From Nitrospira sp. (GTDB taxonomy: Bacteria > Nitrospirota > Nitrospiria > Nitrospirales > Nitrospiraceae), in assembly GCA_036376045.1 (NCBI GenBank), contig DASVBB010000116.1, forward strand, positions 1,916 to 65,915: a stretch of 64,000 nt of DNA. The letters run 5' to 3'. A program made the translations under genes and the position numbers. Below, in pieces: positions 37,096 through 46,186 of this stretch. Numbering within the stretch: position 1 is the first letter of the stretch; each line of letters begins with the position of its first letter. Below the pieces are notes generated by a model. It saw only the letters and a list, made by a program, of their open reading frames with translations, did not search any database and was not told the DNA's origin.

Positions 37096-38331
37096 ATGAG
37101 CGCTCCCACACCTGTCGTTCCGGCGCGCAAGGCGGCGGTGCTCTTCATCCTTGTGACCGTCCTGCTCGACATGCTCTCGTTCGGGATCATCATCCCGGTC
37201 TTGCCGAAGCTCGTTGAGGAATTCCTCGCCGGCGATACCGCGCAGGCCGCCATCATCTATGGCTTGATGGGTACCGCCTGGGCACTGATGCAATTCGTCT
37301 GCTCGCCGATTCAAGGTGCCTTGTCCGACCGCTTCGGACGCAGACCGGTCGTGTTGTTGTCGAATCTGGGGTTGGGGCTCGATTACATCGTGATGGCCCT
37401 GGCGCCGAACGTCATCTGGCTCGTGATCGGGCGGACAATCTCCGGCATTGCGTCGTCCAGTTTCAGCACCGCCGGCGCCTACATCGCCGACGTCACACCG
37501 GTGGAGCAGCGGGCGGCGGCGTACGGAAAAATCGGCATGGTGTTCGGTTTGGGGTTCGTATTCGGGCCGGCCATGGGAGGATGGCTTGGCGCGTTCGATC
37601 CGCGATGGCCCTTCTGGGGTGCGGCCGCTCTCAGCCTGTTGAATGCCTGCTATGGATACTTCGTGCTTCCAGAATCGTTGCCGGAGCACCGCCGGATGGC
37701 CTTTGCCTGGCGGCGGGCGAATCCGGTCGGTTCGCTCGTGCTGCTGCGCTCGCATCATGAACTATTCGGCCTCGCGGCGGTGGCGTTTCTCGGCTACCTC
37801 GCCCATGCGGTGCTCCCGAGCACGTCGGTCCTTTATATGGGGTATCGGTACGGCTGGGGGCCTGCGGCGGTCGGCCTGATGATGGCCGGTGTCGGCGTCG
37901 CAGCGATGATCGTCCAGGGCGGGCTCATCCGTCCGATCACGGCGCGGTTCGGCGAACGCACGACGCTCCTCGCCGGCTCGCTCAGCGGTGCGGCCGGATT
38001 TTTCACGTACGGTGCGGCGCCCGAGGGCTGGATTTTCTGCCTGGGCATCCCTGTGATGGCATTTTGGGGATTGTCGGGCCCGGCGACGCAGGCGCTGATG
38101 AGCCGCCGCGTGAGCGCATCGGAGCAGGGCCAGCTCCAAGGCGCGATCGCGAGCATCAACGGTGTGACCGGCTTGATCGGTCCGACGCTGTTCACTCAGG
38201 TGTTTGCCTATTTCATCGGACCCGGTGCGTTGTGGCGCTTGCCCGGTGCGCCGTTTGTATTAGCCTCGCTCCTGCTCGTCCTCGCGGCAGTGATCGCCTG
38301 GCGAACGACTGATCCGAACCGCACGCGGTAA
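37096..38331 (+). CDS. MFS transporter, TCR/Tet-like drug:H+ antiporter family
   Basis: Trimmed to ATG 37096. 12 TM. Motif A-like GALSDRFGRRPVVLLS. Confidence 0.8.
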   Translation: MSAPTPVVPARKAAVLFILVTVLLDMLSFGIIIPVLPKLVEEFLAGDTAQAAIIYGLMGTAWALMQFVCSPIQGALSDRFGRRPVVLLSNLGLGLDYIVMALAPNVIWLVIGRTISGIASSSFSTAGAYIADVTPVEQRAAAYGKIGMVFGLGFVFGPAMGGWLGAFDPRWPFWGAAALSLLNACYGYFVLPESLPEHRRMAFAWRRANPVGSLVLLRSHHELFGLAAVAFLGYLAHAVLPSTSVLYMGYRYGWGPAAVGLMMAGVGVAAMIVQGGLIRPITARFGERTTLLAGSLSGAAGFFTYGAAPEGWIFCLGIPVMAFWGLSGPATQALMSRRVSASEQGQLQGAIASINGVTGLIGPTLFTQVFAYFIGPGALWRLPGAPFVLASLLLVLAAVIAWRTTDPNRTR

Positions 38332-38466
38332 TATTGCGCGCACTAGGTGCAACAGCGTCAGAATTACTCTCACAGATTTCGACGGTTTTTGTCTTGATGT
38401 CCGACAAGGATTTCTTTCAGAATACCAACGAGGCCGCGCACCGCTCTCATGGCCTCCTGGTGATCA

Positions 38467-39174
38467 ATGCGATGTGGACGATTCCCAGCTTTCCTGCTCG
38501 CTTCCCTGCTCCTCATTCCCGGGGAAGCGGCTCCTGCCGGTGCTCCCGCATCGCCGGAGGAGCAGGGGGCTCCCGTGACGGTGAAGGTGCTCGAGCCTCC
38601 ATCGATGGACCATTCGCCGGTGGCGGACGGGATTGTGGATCGTTATTTGTTGACCCCGCGAGGAGACGTCAACGGATTGCTGTTGCGCGACGGCTCCCAA
38701 ATGCATGTCACACTTCGAGCGGCTGAGGATCTCACGAAAAATATCCAGCCGGGCGATCGGGTCCTGGTGCATGGCCGCCGGGTATCTGATTCACCTCTGG
38801 TGCGGCCCGATGTGATCATCAATGTGACAGATGGCCGATCGTTTACTGTGCCCTATCGGCTGGATCTTGAGATGCCTCCCAGGGAAGAACGGCCGGCGGT
38901 CAACGAGATGATGGCGATCGGGACTATTGAGGTGCTGCTCTACGACCCACTGAAGGGCATCGTGAATGGCGCGCTCTTGTCCGATGGCACCCAGTTTCGG
39001 TTGCCCCCTGATGTGGGCGAACACTTTCACGCCTCGCTGCGGAGGGATATGGACGTGGAAGTCCGTGGGTACGGTACGGCCACGGCGTATGGAAGTGCTC
39101 TCGAAGCAACGGCGATCGGCCGGAAAGGCCAGCCGTTGACTCATCTGGATGCTTCAATCCAGCAGCTGCGCTGA
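38467..39174 (+). CDS. secreted protein with internal duplication, unknown function
   Basis: Signal peptide MRCGRFPAFLLASLLLIPGEAAPA. Two related halves (GIVDRYLLTPRGDVNGLLLRDGSQMHV... and GTIEVLLYDPLKGIVNGALLSDGTQFRL...). Confidence 0.6.
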   Translation: MRCGRFPAFLLASLLLIPGEAAPAGAPASPEEQGAPVTVKVLEPPSMDHSPVADGIVDRYLLTPRGDVNGLLLRDGSQMHVTLRAAEDLTKNIQPGDRVLVHGRRVSDSPLVRPDVIINVTDGRSFTVPYRLDLEMPPREERPAVNEMMAIGTIEVLLYDPLKGIVNGALLSDGTQFRLPPDVGEHFHASLRRDMDVEVRGYGTATAYGSALEATAIGRKGQPLTHLDASIQQLR

Positions 39175-39202
39175 CACCACGAGCGGACTCCTCTCTCTCC
39201 TC

Positions 39203-39901
39203 ATGAGCCGACCGATAGAGACACTGTCCATACGGATCTCCGAGTCTGTTGGGCCTGTTGATGCCGTACTGCTTCGTCCGGATGATGCGAGGTTTCTGTT
39301 GGTCCTCGCTCACGGGGCGGGGGCAGGGATGCACCACCCCTTCATGGGGCGGATTGCTGATGAACTCGCCGGCTGCGGCGTCGCAACGCTGAGATATCAG
39401 TTTCCCTACATGCAGCAGCGAGAGAAGAGGCCTGACTCTCCGAAGGTGATGACCGCATCGGTACGTGCAGCGGTCGCCACGGCGTCGGAGCTTGTTCCCG
39501 GTCTCCCGTTGTTGGCTGGAGGCAAATCGCTCGGAGGACGAATGACGTCGCTCGCATATGCCGGTGAGCGGCCCGGTGCCAACGCCGGCACGGCGGCTGT
39601 GAGCGGATTCGTGTTTGTTGGCTTTCCTTTACATCCGGCAGGCCGTCCCGGCATCCAACGCGCCGAGCACTTGGCGCGGGTGCAGGTGCCGATGTTGTTT
39701 CTCCAAGGCACGCGCGACGCGCTGGCCGATCTGGAGCTGCTCCGTCCGGTCTGTGCCAAGCTTGCGTCTCGCGCCACACTGCATGTGGTGAACGGCGCCG
39801 ACCACTCGTTTCATGTCTTGAAGCGCTCTGGAAGGACGGATGTCGACGTCGTTACTGAACTCGCACGCACTGTGGCGGCCTGGGCGGAGACCTTGGCGTA
39901 A
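39203..39901 (+). CDS. alpha/beta hydrolase (KANL3/Tex30 / dienelactone-hydrolase-like)
   Basis: Trimmed to ATG 39203. LLVLAHGAGAGMHHPFM, the nucleophile elbow GGKSLGGR and FLQGTRDAL. Confidence 0.72.
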   Translation: MSRPIETLSIRISESVGPVDAVLLRPDDARFLLVLAHGAGAGMHHPFMGRIADELAGCGVATLRYQFPYMQQREKRPDSPKVMTASVRAAVATASELVPGLPLLAGGKSLGGRMTSLAYAGERPGANAGTAAVSGFVFVGFPLHPAGRPGIQRAEHLARVQVPMLFLQGTRDALADLELLRPVCAKLASRATLHVVNGADHSFHVLKRSGRTDVDVVTELARTVAAWAETLA

Positions 39902-39985
39902 GACACCGTGGTTGATCAGGTGCGGCGGGGAGGGGTGGTCGGTGAGACTACACAACCTTGCTGCGGCGCTCTCGGTCGCGGCGGC

Positions 39986-40507
39986 CTAAGGATTCCTCAT
40001 GTCGATGCTGCCGGGCACCGAGGGCACATAATTCGGGTCGATGTTTTCCCACAGCCCGGCATGATCCCCGCTGGCTCCCCAGCCTCGCATGTACAGGAGC
40101 ATCAACACCGGCTCCGTCTTGGACCGCTGTTGGCCGGTCACGCGTCCGACTACCGTCGCACGTGCCCAGTTCCGAAACTTGGGTGGGGCCTGCTGCTTCG
40201 GAACCGCCACCCAGTACGAGCCGCCTTCCGCGCTCCCAATGTCGGCCGGGCGATGCGGTTTATAATCCTGGTCGAGCGGGCGGTTCGTGAGGCGCAAGAA
40301 CAGATACTGCCCGTATTCTTCCTCTTCCGTGATCGTCCCTCCCAGCAGGATGACTTTCCCCACGTAGGGCTGCGGGTTTGCGCTCAGCATGGTGAGTGTG
40401 ACGCCGGGCTCGGCCATCCACACATAGCGTCTCGGCACAGAGGAGCACCCCCACACTGCGACGGTCATGGTGACGGCCAGCATGAGGACGGCTGTCCATC
40501 GCTGCAT
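39986..40507 (-). CDS. Slp family outer-membrane lipoprotein
   Basis: Start ATG 40507. Lipobox VAVWGCSS. YVGKVILLGGTI...YLFLRLTNRPLD...ATVVGRVTG resembles the Slp (starvation lipoprotein) pattern. Confidence 0.6.
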   Translation of the reverse strand: MQRWTAVLMLAVTMTVAVWGCSSVPRRYVWMAEPGVTLTMLSANPQPYVGKVILLGGTITEEEEYGQYLFLRLTNRPLDQDYKPHRPADIGSAEGGSYWVAVPKQQAPPKFRNWARATVVGRVTGQQRSKTEPVLMLLYMRGWGASGDHAGLWENIDPNYVPSVPGSIDMRNP

Positions 40508-40604
40508 CAGACGGCACGAGGGCATAGAATTGCGTCCGGGATTGTGGGGCACAATGCGGGCGCATTGTACGTGTTTGCAGCGGCGGGGTCTATGGCGGGG
40601 AACG

Positions 40605-40829
40605 TTATCTCAAATCGCGGACCGGCCCCCGCCAGAGGCCCTCGGGGATCTGTTCTAGGGGGATGAGTTGATTAAACCACTGGACCACAAATTTTCCACC
40701 GATTTCCGTCGCGTGCGGCTGCATCTGGATGACTTGGAGCAATACCTTGAAGTGCACGCGAGAGGAGAGGTCGTCATAGCGGAACCAGTAGAATCCGGCC
40801 TGATCGGGCGGTGTAGTGGCAAGCGTCAT
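40605..40829 (-). CDS. small hypothetical protein (74 aa)
   Basis: MTLATTPPDQAGFYWFRYDDLSSRVHFKVLLQVIQMQP...IPEGLWRGPV has plausible protein composition. The opposite-strand ORF 40668..40997 is Arg/His-rich. Confidence 0.45.
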   Translation of the reverse strand: MTLATTPPDQAGFYWFRYDDLSSRVHFKVLLQVIQMQPHATEIGGKFVVQWFNQLIPLEQIPEGLWRGPVRDLR

Positions 40830-40938
40830 GGGCGCACCTTGGATGATAACCACTCTATTGTACGCCGTCTTAGACTGAGGATAAAGCTGGGAAGGCCCCT
40901 CGTTTACTATCTACGTAGTCTACCGATGGCCACATGGA

Positions 40939-41283
40939 TCAGGTCGCGAGCTGCAATTCCTGATCGACAAGCCCCACATGGACAGGATCGTCACTGAAGG
41001 GAAGGCCCAATTGTGCGGCGGACAGTCGATGCTGGTGCCGACGGCGCCAGGGGGTGGTGCAATTTGGCAACACCGGGGAAGTTGACGACCTTGGTTGGAT
41101 ACGAGGTTGTCTTGGCCGATGCAATCGTGGAGTTTGCATCTTGAGTCCCTTGATCTGCCGTAACAAGACCTGTTCATGATCGATACAGATCCCATGGGAG
41201 GTGAGTTCCACGTCAAAGAGGCTGATCTCACCGATCAGCGTCTCCTTCCCTTCATTTTCACACCAGGCGCAAATGACTTTCAT
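40939..41283 (-). CDS. small Cys/His (zinc-ribbon-like) protein
   Basis: MKVICAWCENEGKETLIGEISLFDVELTSHGICIDHEQV carries a C-x2-C ... H-x2-C-x2-H arrangement. The C-terminal ~60 aa are Pro/Arg-rich and may not be functional. Confidence 0.5.
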   Translation of the reverse strand: MKVICAWCENEGKETLIGEISLFDVELTSHGICIDHEQVLLRQIKGLKMQTPRLHRPRQPRIQPRSSTSPVLPNCTTPWRRRHQHRLSAAQLGLPFSDDPVHVGLVDQELQLAT

Positions 41284-41836
41284 GACAGACTGAACGAGCA
41301 AACTTGATGCCGCATATTCTCACACACAACGCATGGAAAGACACGCCGACGCGCAAATTTTTCTTTCTGCCCAGACGGTCGTGTAGGAAGCCGACTGCAT
41401 CAACGATGCATATTCTGCCGATACCGCTGAATTCATCAGGTTTATGAGATGGAAGCGAAATGCATACACTCGCGGGGACAATTTGAACAATTCAGCAGAA
41501 CGATCCACCGAGCGCAGAGTAATCGAATCGAAGTGACTTGTGAATTGGGTAGATTGTCTACGTGGCTCAACGTACGTCGGTTGAGCAACGATCTTTGCGC
41601 AGTGATCTCTTTCGCATACACCGCACGTCAGCCTTGCGCTGACGAATCGTGTCCCAACTGTAGGCGCATCTCTCTGCGTCCATCCCAGGCGCGGGTTTTC
41701 AGGACGCACATTCATGGAGGAGGCATCTACAGCGTTCGCGTCCGAATCCGGCTAGTCATCCAGCATCTCCTTCTCGTAGAGTAAGGCTCGTCGCACAAGA
41801 GGCGACAAAGGAGCAAGCAAGGATGCTCAACAGTCA

Positions 41837-43414
41837 ATGAACAATCACGATCCGTTCTATCAAGCCGTGCTGGCCCGGGATTCCCGTTTCGACGGCAAAT
41901 TCTTCGTCGCGGTGAAAACCACGGGCGTGTACTGCCGTCCGATCTGCCCGGCTCGTCCGAAGCGTGAGAATGTCGAATTTTTCAAGACGGCGGCGGCGGC
42001 GGAGAAGGCCGGCTATCGACCGTGCTTACGGTGTCGGCCGGAGTCTGCTCCGGGGTCTCCCGCCTGGAACGGGACGCGCGCCACGGTCGAGCGGGCGCTG
42101 AAGCTCATCGCGCAGGGGGCTTTGGAACATCACACCGAAGAGACATTTGCTGACCGGCTGGGTATGACGGCGCGGCATCTGAGACGGCTCTTCGAGGAGG
42201 AATTCGGCCATACCCCGAAACAACTCCATGACACCATGAGACTCAACTTCGCCAGGAAGCTCATTACGGAGACGGATCTTCCGATGACCGAGATCGGCTT
42301 TGCGGCAGGGTTTCACTCGCTGCGCCGGTTCAACGATGCCTTCAAGCAACGGTTCCACCGTGCACCATCTGCGCTCCGATCGGTACGGAACACCAACGAG
42401 CAGGTACCAATGGTCCGCCTGAGCCTTTCGTACCGGCCTCCTTTCGATTGGAAGGGTCTGCTTGCCTACTATCGAAGACATCAGATCGCCGGTGTCGAGA
42501 CGATCGAACGCGACACCTATTCTCGTGTATTCCAACTCCGTGAGGCACAGGCGACCGGATGGTTTCTGGCTAGACCCCATGGCCGGAAGCCGGAACTGCT
42601 TCTCGAGATCATGATCTCGGATACCAGACAGCTCTTGAATGTAGTGCAGCGCATCCGGCGTATGTTTGATTTGGATGCCGATCCGGCCGTCATCTCGGAG
42701 ACGTTTGCTCGATCGCGCGCCCTCAGGTCGCTTCAAGGTTCGTATGCCGGCTTACGATTGGCTCGCGGATTCGAGCCGTTCGAAACCGCAATCGGAACGA
42801 TTCTCGGCCAAGTGATTTCTGTGTCGCAGGCCTCACGCGTGGTGAGTCAACTCGTCGCGACGTACGGGGACGAGATCCAACATCCACTCACCGGCGCGTG
42901 CGTTCGTGTCTTTCCAGGTCCGCGCACGCTGGCGGAGGCTGATCTCCGTGCATTGAAGATCACCGCACAGAAACGCGCGTCCCTCCGCGAGTTCGCCTCG
43001 CGTGTCCTGAACGGAACCCTCCTGCTTGAAGGGGAGCAAAATCCTGAGGACTTCAAACGCGCGGTCCGGACGATTCATGGAATCGGGGCATGGAGTGCTG
43101 AATACATGGCGCTCCGGGCTCTGGGCGATGCCGATGCATTTCCAGCCACCGACCTGGTCTTGCGGCGTTTCATTGAGGCCAATCCGGAAATCGATCCCGA
43201 CGTGGTCCGGCCATGGCGCGGATACTTCGCCGCATTGCTGTGGCAACACAATACTCATGTAGCACATGAAGAAAGGCATGATAACTATGCTGAGTCACAG
43301 ATTTATAGATTCACCCGTCGGGCGGCTCAAGCTGGTGGCGGACGAGTCGAGCCTCGTCGCGGTGCTCTGGCCCAACGACGGGCCATCCCGCGTCAAACTG
43401 GACGGGACGCGTGA
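41837..43414 (+). CDS. Ada-type methylphosphotriester-DNA methyltransferase / AraC HTH / AlkA DNA-3-methyladenine glycosylase II fusion
   Basis: N-terminal Cys4 Ada zinc site (VYCRPICPARP...YRPCLRCRP), an AraC-type HTH (ETFADRLGMTARHLRRLF...IGFAAGFHSLRRFNDAFK), then an AlkA N-domain and HhH-GPD (IHGIGAWSAEYMALRALGDADAFP). The last ~50 codons overlap ogt. Confidence 0.85.
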   Translation: MNNHDPFYQAVLARDSRFDGKFFVAVKTTGVYCRPICPARPKRENVEFFKTAAAAEKAGYRPCLRCRPESAPGSPAWNGTRATVERALKLIAQGALEHHTEETFADRLGMTARHLRRLFEEEFGHTPKQLHDTMRLNFARKLITETDLPMTEIGFAAGFHSLRRFNDAFKQRFHRAPSALRSVRNTNEQVPMVRLSLSYRPPFDWKGLLAYYRRHQIAGVETIERDTYSRVFQLREAQATGWFLARPHGRKPELLLEIMISDTRQLLNVVQRIRRMFDLDADPAVISETFARSRALRSLQGSYAGLRLARGFEPFETAIGTILGQVISVSQASRVVSQLVATYGDEIQHPLTGACVRVFPGPRTLAEADLRALKITAQKRASLREFASRVLNGTLLLEGEQNPEDFKRAVRTIHGIGAWSAEYMALRALGDADAFPATDLVLRRFIEANPEIDPDVVRPWRGYFAALLWQHNTHVAHEERHDNYAESQIYRFTRRAAQAGGGRVEPRRGALAQRRAIPRQTGRDA

Positions 43415-43778
43415 AGATCTTCCTCATCCCATCCTCCGTGACGCCGAGCGGCAACTGACCGAATATTTCAAGGGCGAGAGAACGGCATTCGAACTGCCAC
43501 TCTCCCTGCGCGGGACGGTATTTCAACAACGGGTGTGGCAACAGCTGCTACGCATCCCATACGGCCAGACTCGGAGCTACGGTCGCCTGGCCGTCGAGCT
43601 TGGCAATGGGAACGCCTCAAGGGCGGTGGGTCTGGCCAATCGCAAAAATCCCCTCTCGATTATCGTGCCCTGCCATCGTGTGATCGGTGCCTCCGGCAAG
43701 CTGACCGGATTTGCGGGCGGACTCGAAACCAAAGCCAAATTGCTCGAGCTCGAAGGCGCCACCTCGAATCTTCCCTAG
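43266..43778 (+). CDS. ogt: methylated-DNA--protein-cysteine methyltransferase
   Basis: 170 aa. IDSPVGRLKL near the N-terminus and the active-site IVPCHRVIG. The start could be 43266, 43278 or 43287. Confidence 0.9.
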   Translation: MKKGMITMLSHRFIDSPVGRLKLVADESSLVAVLWPNDGPSRVKLDGTREDLPHPILRDAERQLTEYFKGERTAFELPLSLRGTVFQQRVWQQLLRIPYGQTRSYGRLAVELGNGNASRAVGLANRKNPLSIIVPCHRVIGASGKLTGFAGGLETKAKLLELEGATSNLP

Positions 43779-43868
43779 CTTCGCCTCGACAGGCTGGACA
43801 ACGACATCGGAGAGGCGGGATAGTACATACTCAATCATCGTCGACTTCGTTGAGAAGGAGAACACGTC

Positions 43869-44936
43869 ATGGCAAGGACTTGGAACGCCCGGGCATATGC
43901 CGCTGCGAATCCGACATCGTCAATGGCCCCGACCACCATCCTGCGGCGGGACCCCGCTGAACGTGATGTTCACATCGACGTCCTGTTCTGCGGCATCTGC
44001 CACTCCGACCTTCACACCATCCGCGATGAATGGAAGAGCGTCTTTCCCACCGTCTACCCCTGCGTGCCCGGGCATGAAATCGTCGGGCGGGTGTCCAGTG
44101 TCGGTCCGGCAGTGACAAGGTTCAAGACCGGAGACCTCGCCGCCGTCGGCTGCCTGGTCGATTCCGACCGGACCTGTACGGAGTGCCAAGCGGGCCTCGA
44201 GCAGTTCTGTCCGAATATGACGCTCACCTATAACTCACCGGACACGCACCTCGGAGGCGTCACTTATGGCGGGTACTCGGAAGCCATCGTTGTAGACGAA
44301 CGTTTTGTCCTGCGCGTTCCCTCGAAGCTCGATCTCGCCGGCGCGGCACCGCTCCTCTGTGCCGGGATCACGACGTATTCGCCCATGCGCCACTGGGAGG
44401 TCACCAAAGGCAAGAAGGTCGGAGTGGTGGGGCTCGGCGGGCTCGGTCACATGGCCGTGAAGATTGCCCATGCGCTCGGGGCCCATGTGGTGGTCTTCAC
44501 CACGTCACCCAACAAGAAAGAAGACGCGCTCCGCCTGGGAGCTGACGAAGTCGTCATTTCCCGACACAGGGACGAGATGAAGAAACACACCGGCAGCTTC
44601 GATTTCATTCTCGATGCGGTCTCCGCCGATCACGACATCAACGCCTACATCGATCTTCTCCGCCGCGATGGCACGCTCACCCTCGTCGGCGCGCCTGAAA
44701 AGCCGCTCGAGGTGGCTGCCTTCAGCCTGATCTTTGGCCGGCGCAATCTTTCCGGCTCACCGATCGGCGGTCTTAAAGAGACTCAAGAGATGCTCGACTT
44801 CTGCGGCACGCATAGCATCACGGCTGATGTCGAAATCATTCCGATTCAAAAGGTGAACGAGGCCTACGATAGACTCCTGAAGTCGGACGTGAAGTACCGC
44901 TTCGCGATCGATATGGCCTCGCTCAAATCCCAATGA
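43869..44936 (+). CDS. zinc-dependent NAD(P) alcohol dehydrogenase (cinnamyl-alcohol-DH/YahK-like)
   Basis: GICHSDLH, PCVPGHEIVGRV, the structural-zinc CTECQAGLEQFC and the Rossmann motif VVGLGGLGH. Confidence 0.88.
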   Translation: MARTWNARAYAAANPTSSMAPTTILRRDPAERDVHIDVLFCGICHSDLHTIRDEWKSVFPTVYPCVPGHEIVGRVSSVGPAVTRFKTGDLAAVGCLVDSDRTCTECQAGLEQFCPNMTLTYNSPDTHLGGVTYGGYSEAIVVDERFVLRVPSKLDLAGAAPLLCAGITTYSPMRHWEVTKGKKVGVVGLGGLGHMAVKIAHALGAHVVVFTTSPNKKEDALRLGADEVVISRHRDEMKKHTGSFDFILDAVSADHDINAYIDLLRRDGTLTLVGAPEKPLEVAAFSLIFGRRNLSGSPIGGLKETQEMLDFCGTHSITADVEIIPIQKVNEAYDRLLKSDVKYRFAIDMASLKSQ

Positions 44937-44949
44937 TCCGTCGCGCGCC

Positions 44950-45966
44950 TCATTGCCCCTGGACGCGGCGCGACAGCGACACGATATAGGCCGCTGACCG
45001 GGCGGCAATCATCGGATCGGCCGGCTCGATTCCCGGAACCAGCGCTCCGGGATCGAAGAGCAGCTTTTTTTCGGCGGCCTGGCTGTCAGCCACGGCTTTG
45101 GTGATCGTGATGGTGCCCAGTTCGACCTTCTTCCGGGTCTCAGGCCAGACGATCGTGGGATTGTCCACCTGGTCATCTTTCTCGGCGACCTGCGCCAGCA
45201 ACGTGAACTTCACCGGGACGCGACGAACGCGTTCCCGTATCTCTTCGGTCAGATAGTCCGCGCCCATCATCGAGACCTGCTCCTTGGACAGAAATCTTGC
45301 GCCGGCCACCGGTTGCAATTGGTACCGGATGTGGGTGACCGCCCCCTTGGCATTGGTGAACTTGAAGGCGTTGACGCCGAAGTAGGGGAGGGTGCCATAG
45401 CTGACCGGCGGCGGTTTGGGCTCGACGAAGGCCTTGGCGGCAGGATGAGCGCCCAGGAATTTTTCAAACTCGGTGGGTTTGGGGGCGTCGGGTCCGCTGG
45501 CGGCGATCGCGAGCAGAAAATCTCTGAGCTCCTCCGCATTGGCCGCGGGGAAGCCGTTGAAGGAGAGGCCGACGAGATCCGTTTTGCCGCCGTCCGGAAG
45601 CGAGAATTTTACCGCCACCCCGCGCGTCATGTCGTTCGTGTCCGGGACGGTCGGCACGCCGGAGCCGGCAGAAAAGCGAACGGTAACGGGAAGGGGTTTC
45701 TTCCGTTTTTGTAGATGAGCGGCTTTGCTCAAGGACGCCGCCGAGGCGCTGGGCGTGAACGTACCTTCCAGCACTACGCCCTTGGCATGATTGGCTCGCA
45801 TACCGGGGTGTGCGCCGAAGACGGCGTTGAAGGCATCGACCAGTTGCTCAGCCCGTGATTTCTGCGCCGGGGGTGCCTCTTGAGCCCCGACGATCGAAGG
45901 AGTCGTCAGGGTGAAGGCGAACGCGACTATCGCTGCGAGCAATGTCCACATGGTGTCCCTCCTCAT
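44950..45966 (-). CDS. catalase-related peroxidase (SrpA-like, small catalase-family haem protein), secreted
   Basis: Signal peptide, then HPGMRANHAKGVVLEGTF (catalase distal His context), VTVRFS and RGVAVKF. Confidence 0.75.
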   Translation of the reverse strand: MRRDTMWTLLAAIVAFAFTLTTPSIVGAQEAPPAQKSRAEQLVDAFNAVFGAHPGMRANHAKGVVLEGTFTPSASAASLSKAAHLQKRKKPLPVTVRFSAGSGVPTVPDTNDMTRGVAVKFSLPDGGKTDLVGLSFNGFPAANAEELRDFLLAIAASGPDAPKPTEFEKFLGAHPAAKAFVEPKPPPVSYGTLPYFGVNAFKFTNAKGAVTHIRYQLQPVAGARFLSKEQVSMMGADYLTEEIRERVRRVPVKFTLLAQVAEKDDQVDNPTIVWPETRKKVELGTITITKAVADSQAAEKKLLFDPGALVPGIEPADPMIAARSAAYIVSLSRRVQGQ

Positions 45967-46056
45967 AGATCGAGTGACCCTCTCCCTCTCTATGATAAGC
46001 GTTCCGGCGCCCAGAACCTTGTCGAGAAGTATAGGTATAAAGCCTCTGGGAGAACA

Positions 46057-46160
46057 CTGTCAGTATTGACAGGCGAGCATCGAGCAAGCGACCATCCTGC
46101 ACGTGAAGCATTGAAGGCTGCCAACCCTTCCTGTAATCTTGTGCTGAGGCACAAGGAAGG
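46057..46160 (+). promoter_or_regulatory. palindrome and hairpin in the leader of the ModA-like gene
   Basis: CTGTCA-GTAT-TGACAG palindrome (46057-46072). Hairpin CCTTC...CTTGTGC-TGAG-GCACAAG-GAAGG (46126-46160), ending 27 nt before the ATG at 46187. Confidence 0.3.
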
Positions 46161-46186
46161 GGCCTGCTCCGGAACATCCGGCCACA

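Noticed and set aside
41320-41784. ORFs 41320..41715 (-) and 41449..41784 (+) in the long gap before ada/alkA
   Set aside because: The two ORFs overlap each other. Both have odd composition (Cys/Arg/Ser-rich, no hydrophobic periodicity) and lack RBSs. Treated as non-coding.
45967-46186. Molybdenum-cofactor (Moco) riboswitch upstream of the ModA-like gene
   Set aside because: I could not match the conserved Moco elements by eye; AGCCTCTGGGAG is only a weak echo of GCCUCCGAGCC. Reported as a structured leader to be tested with Infernal, not as a riboswitch.
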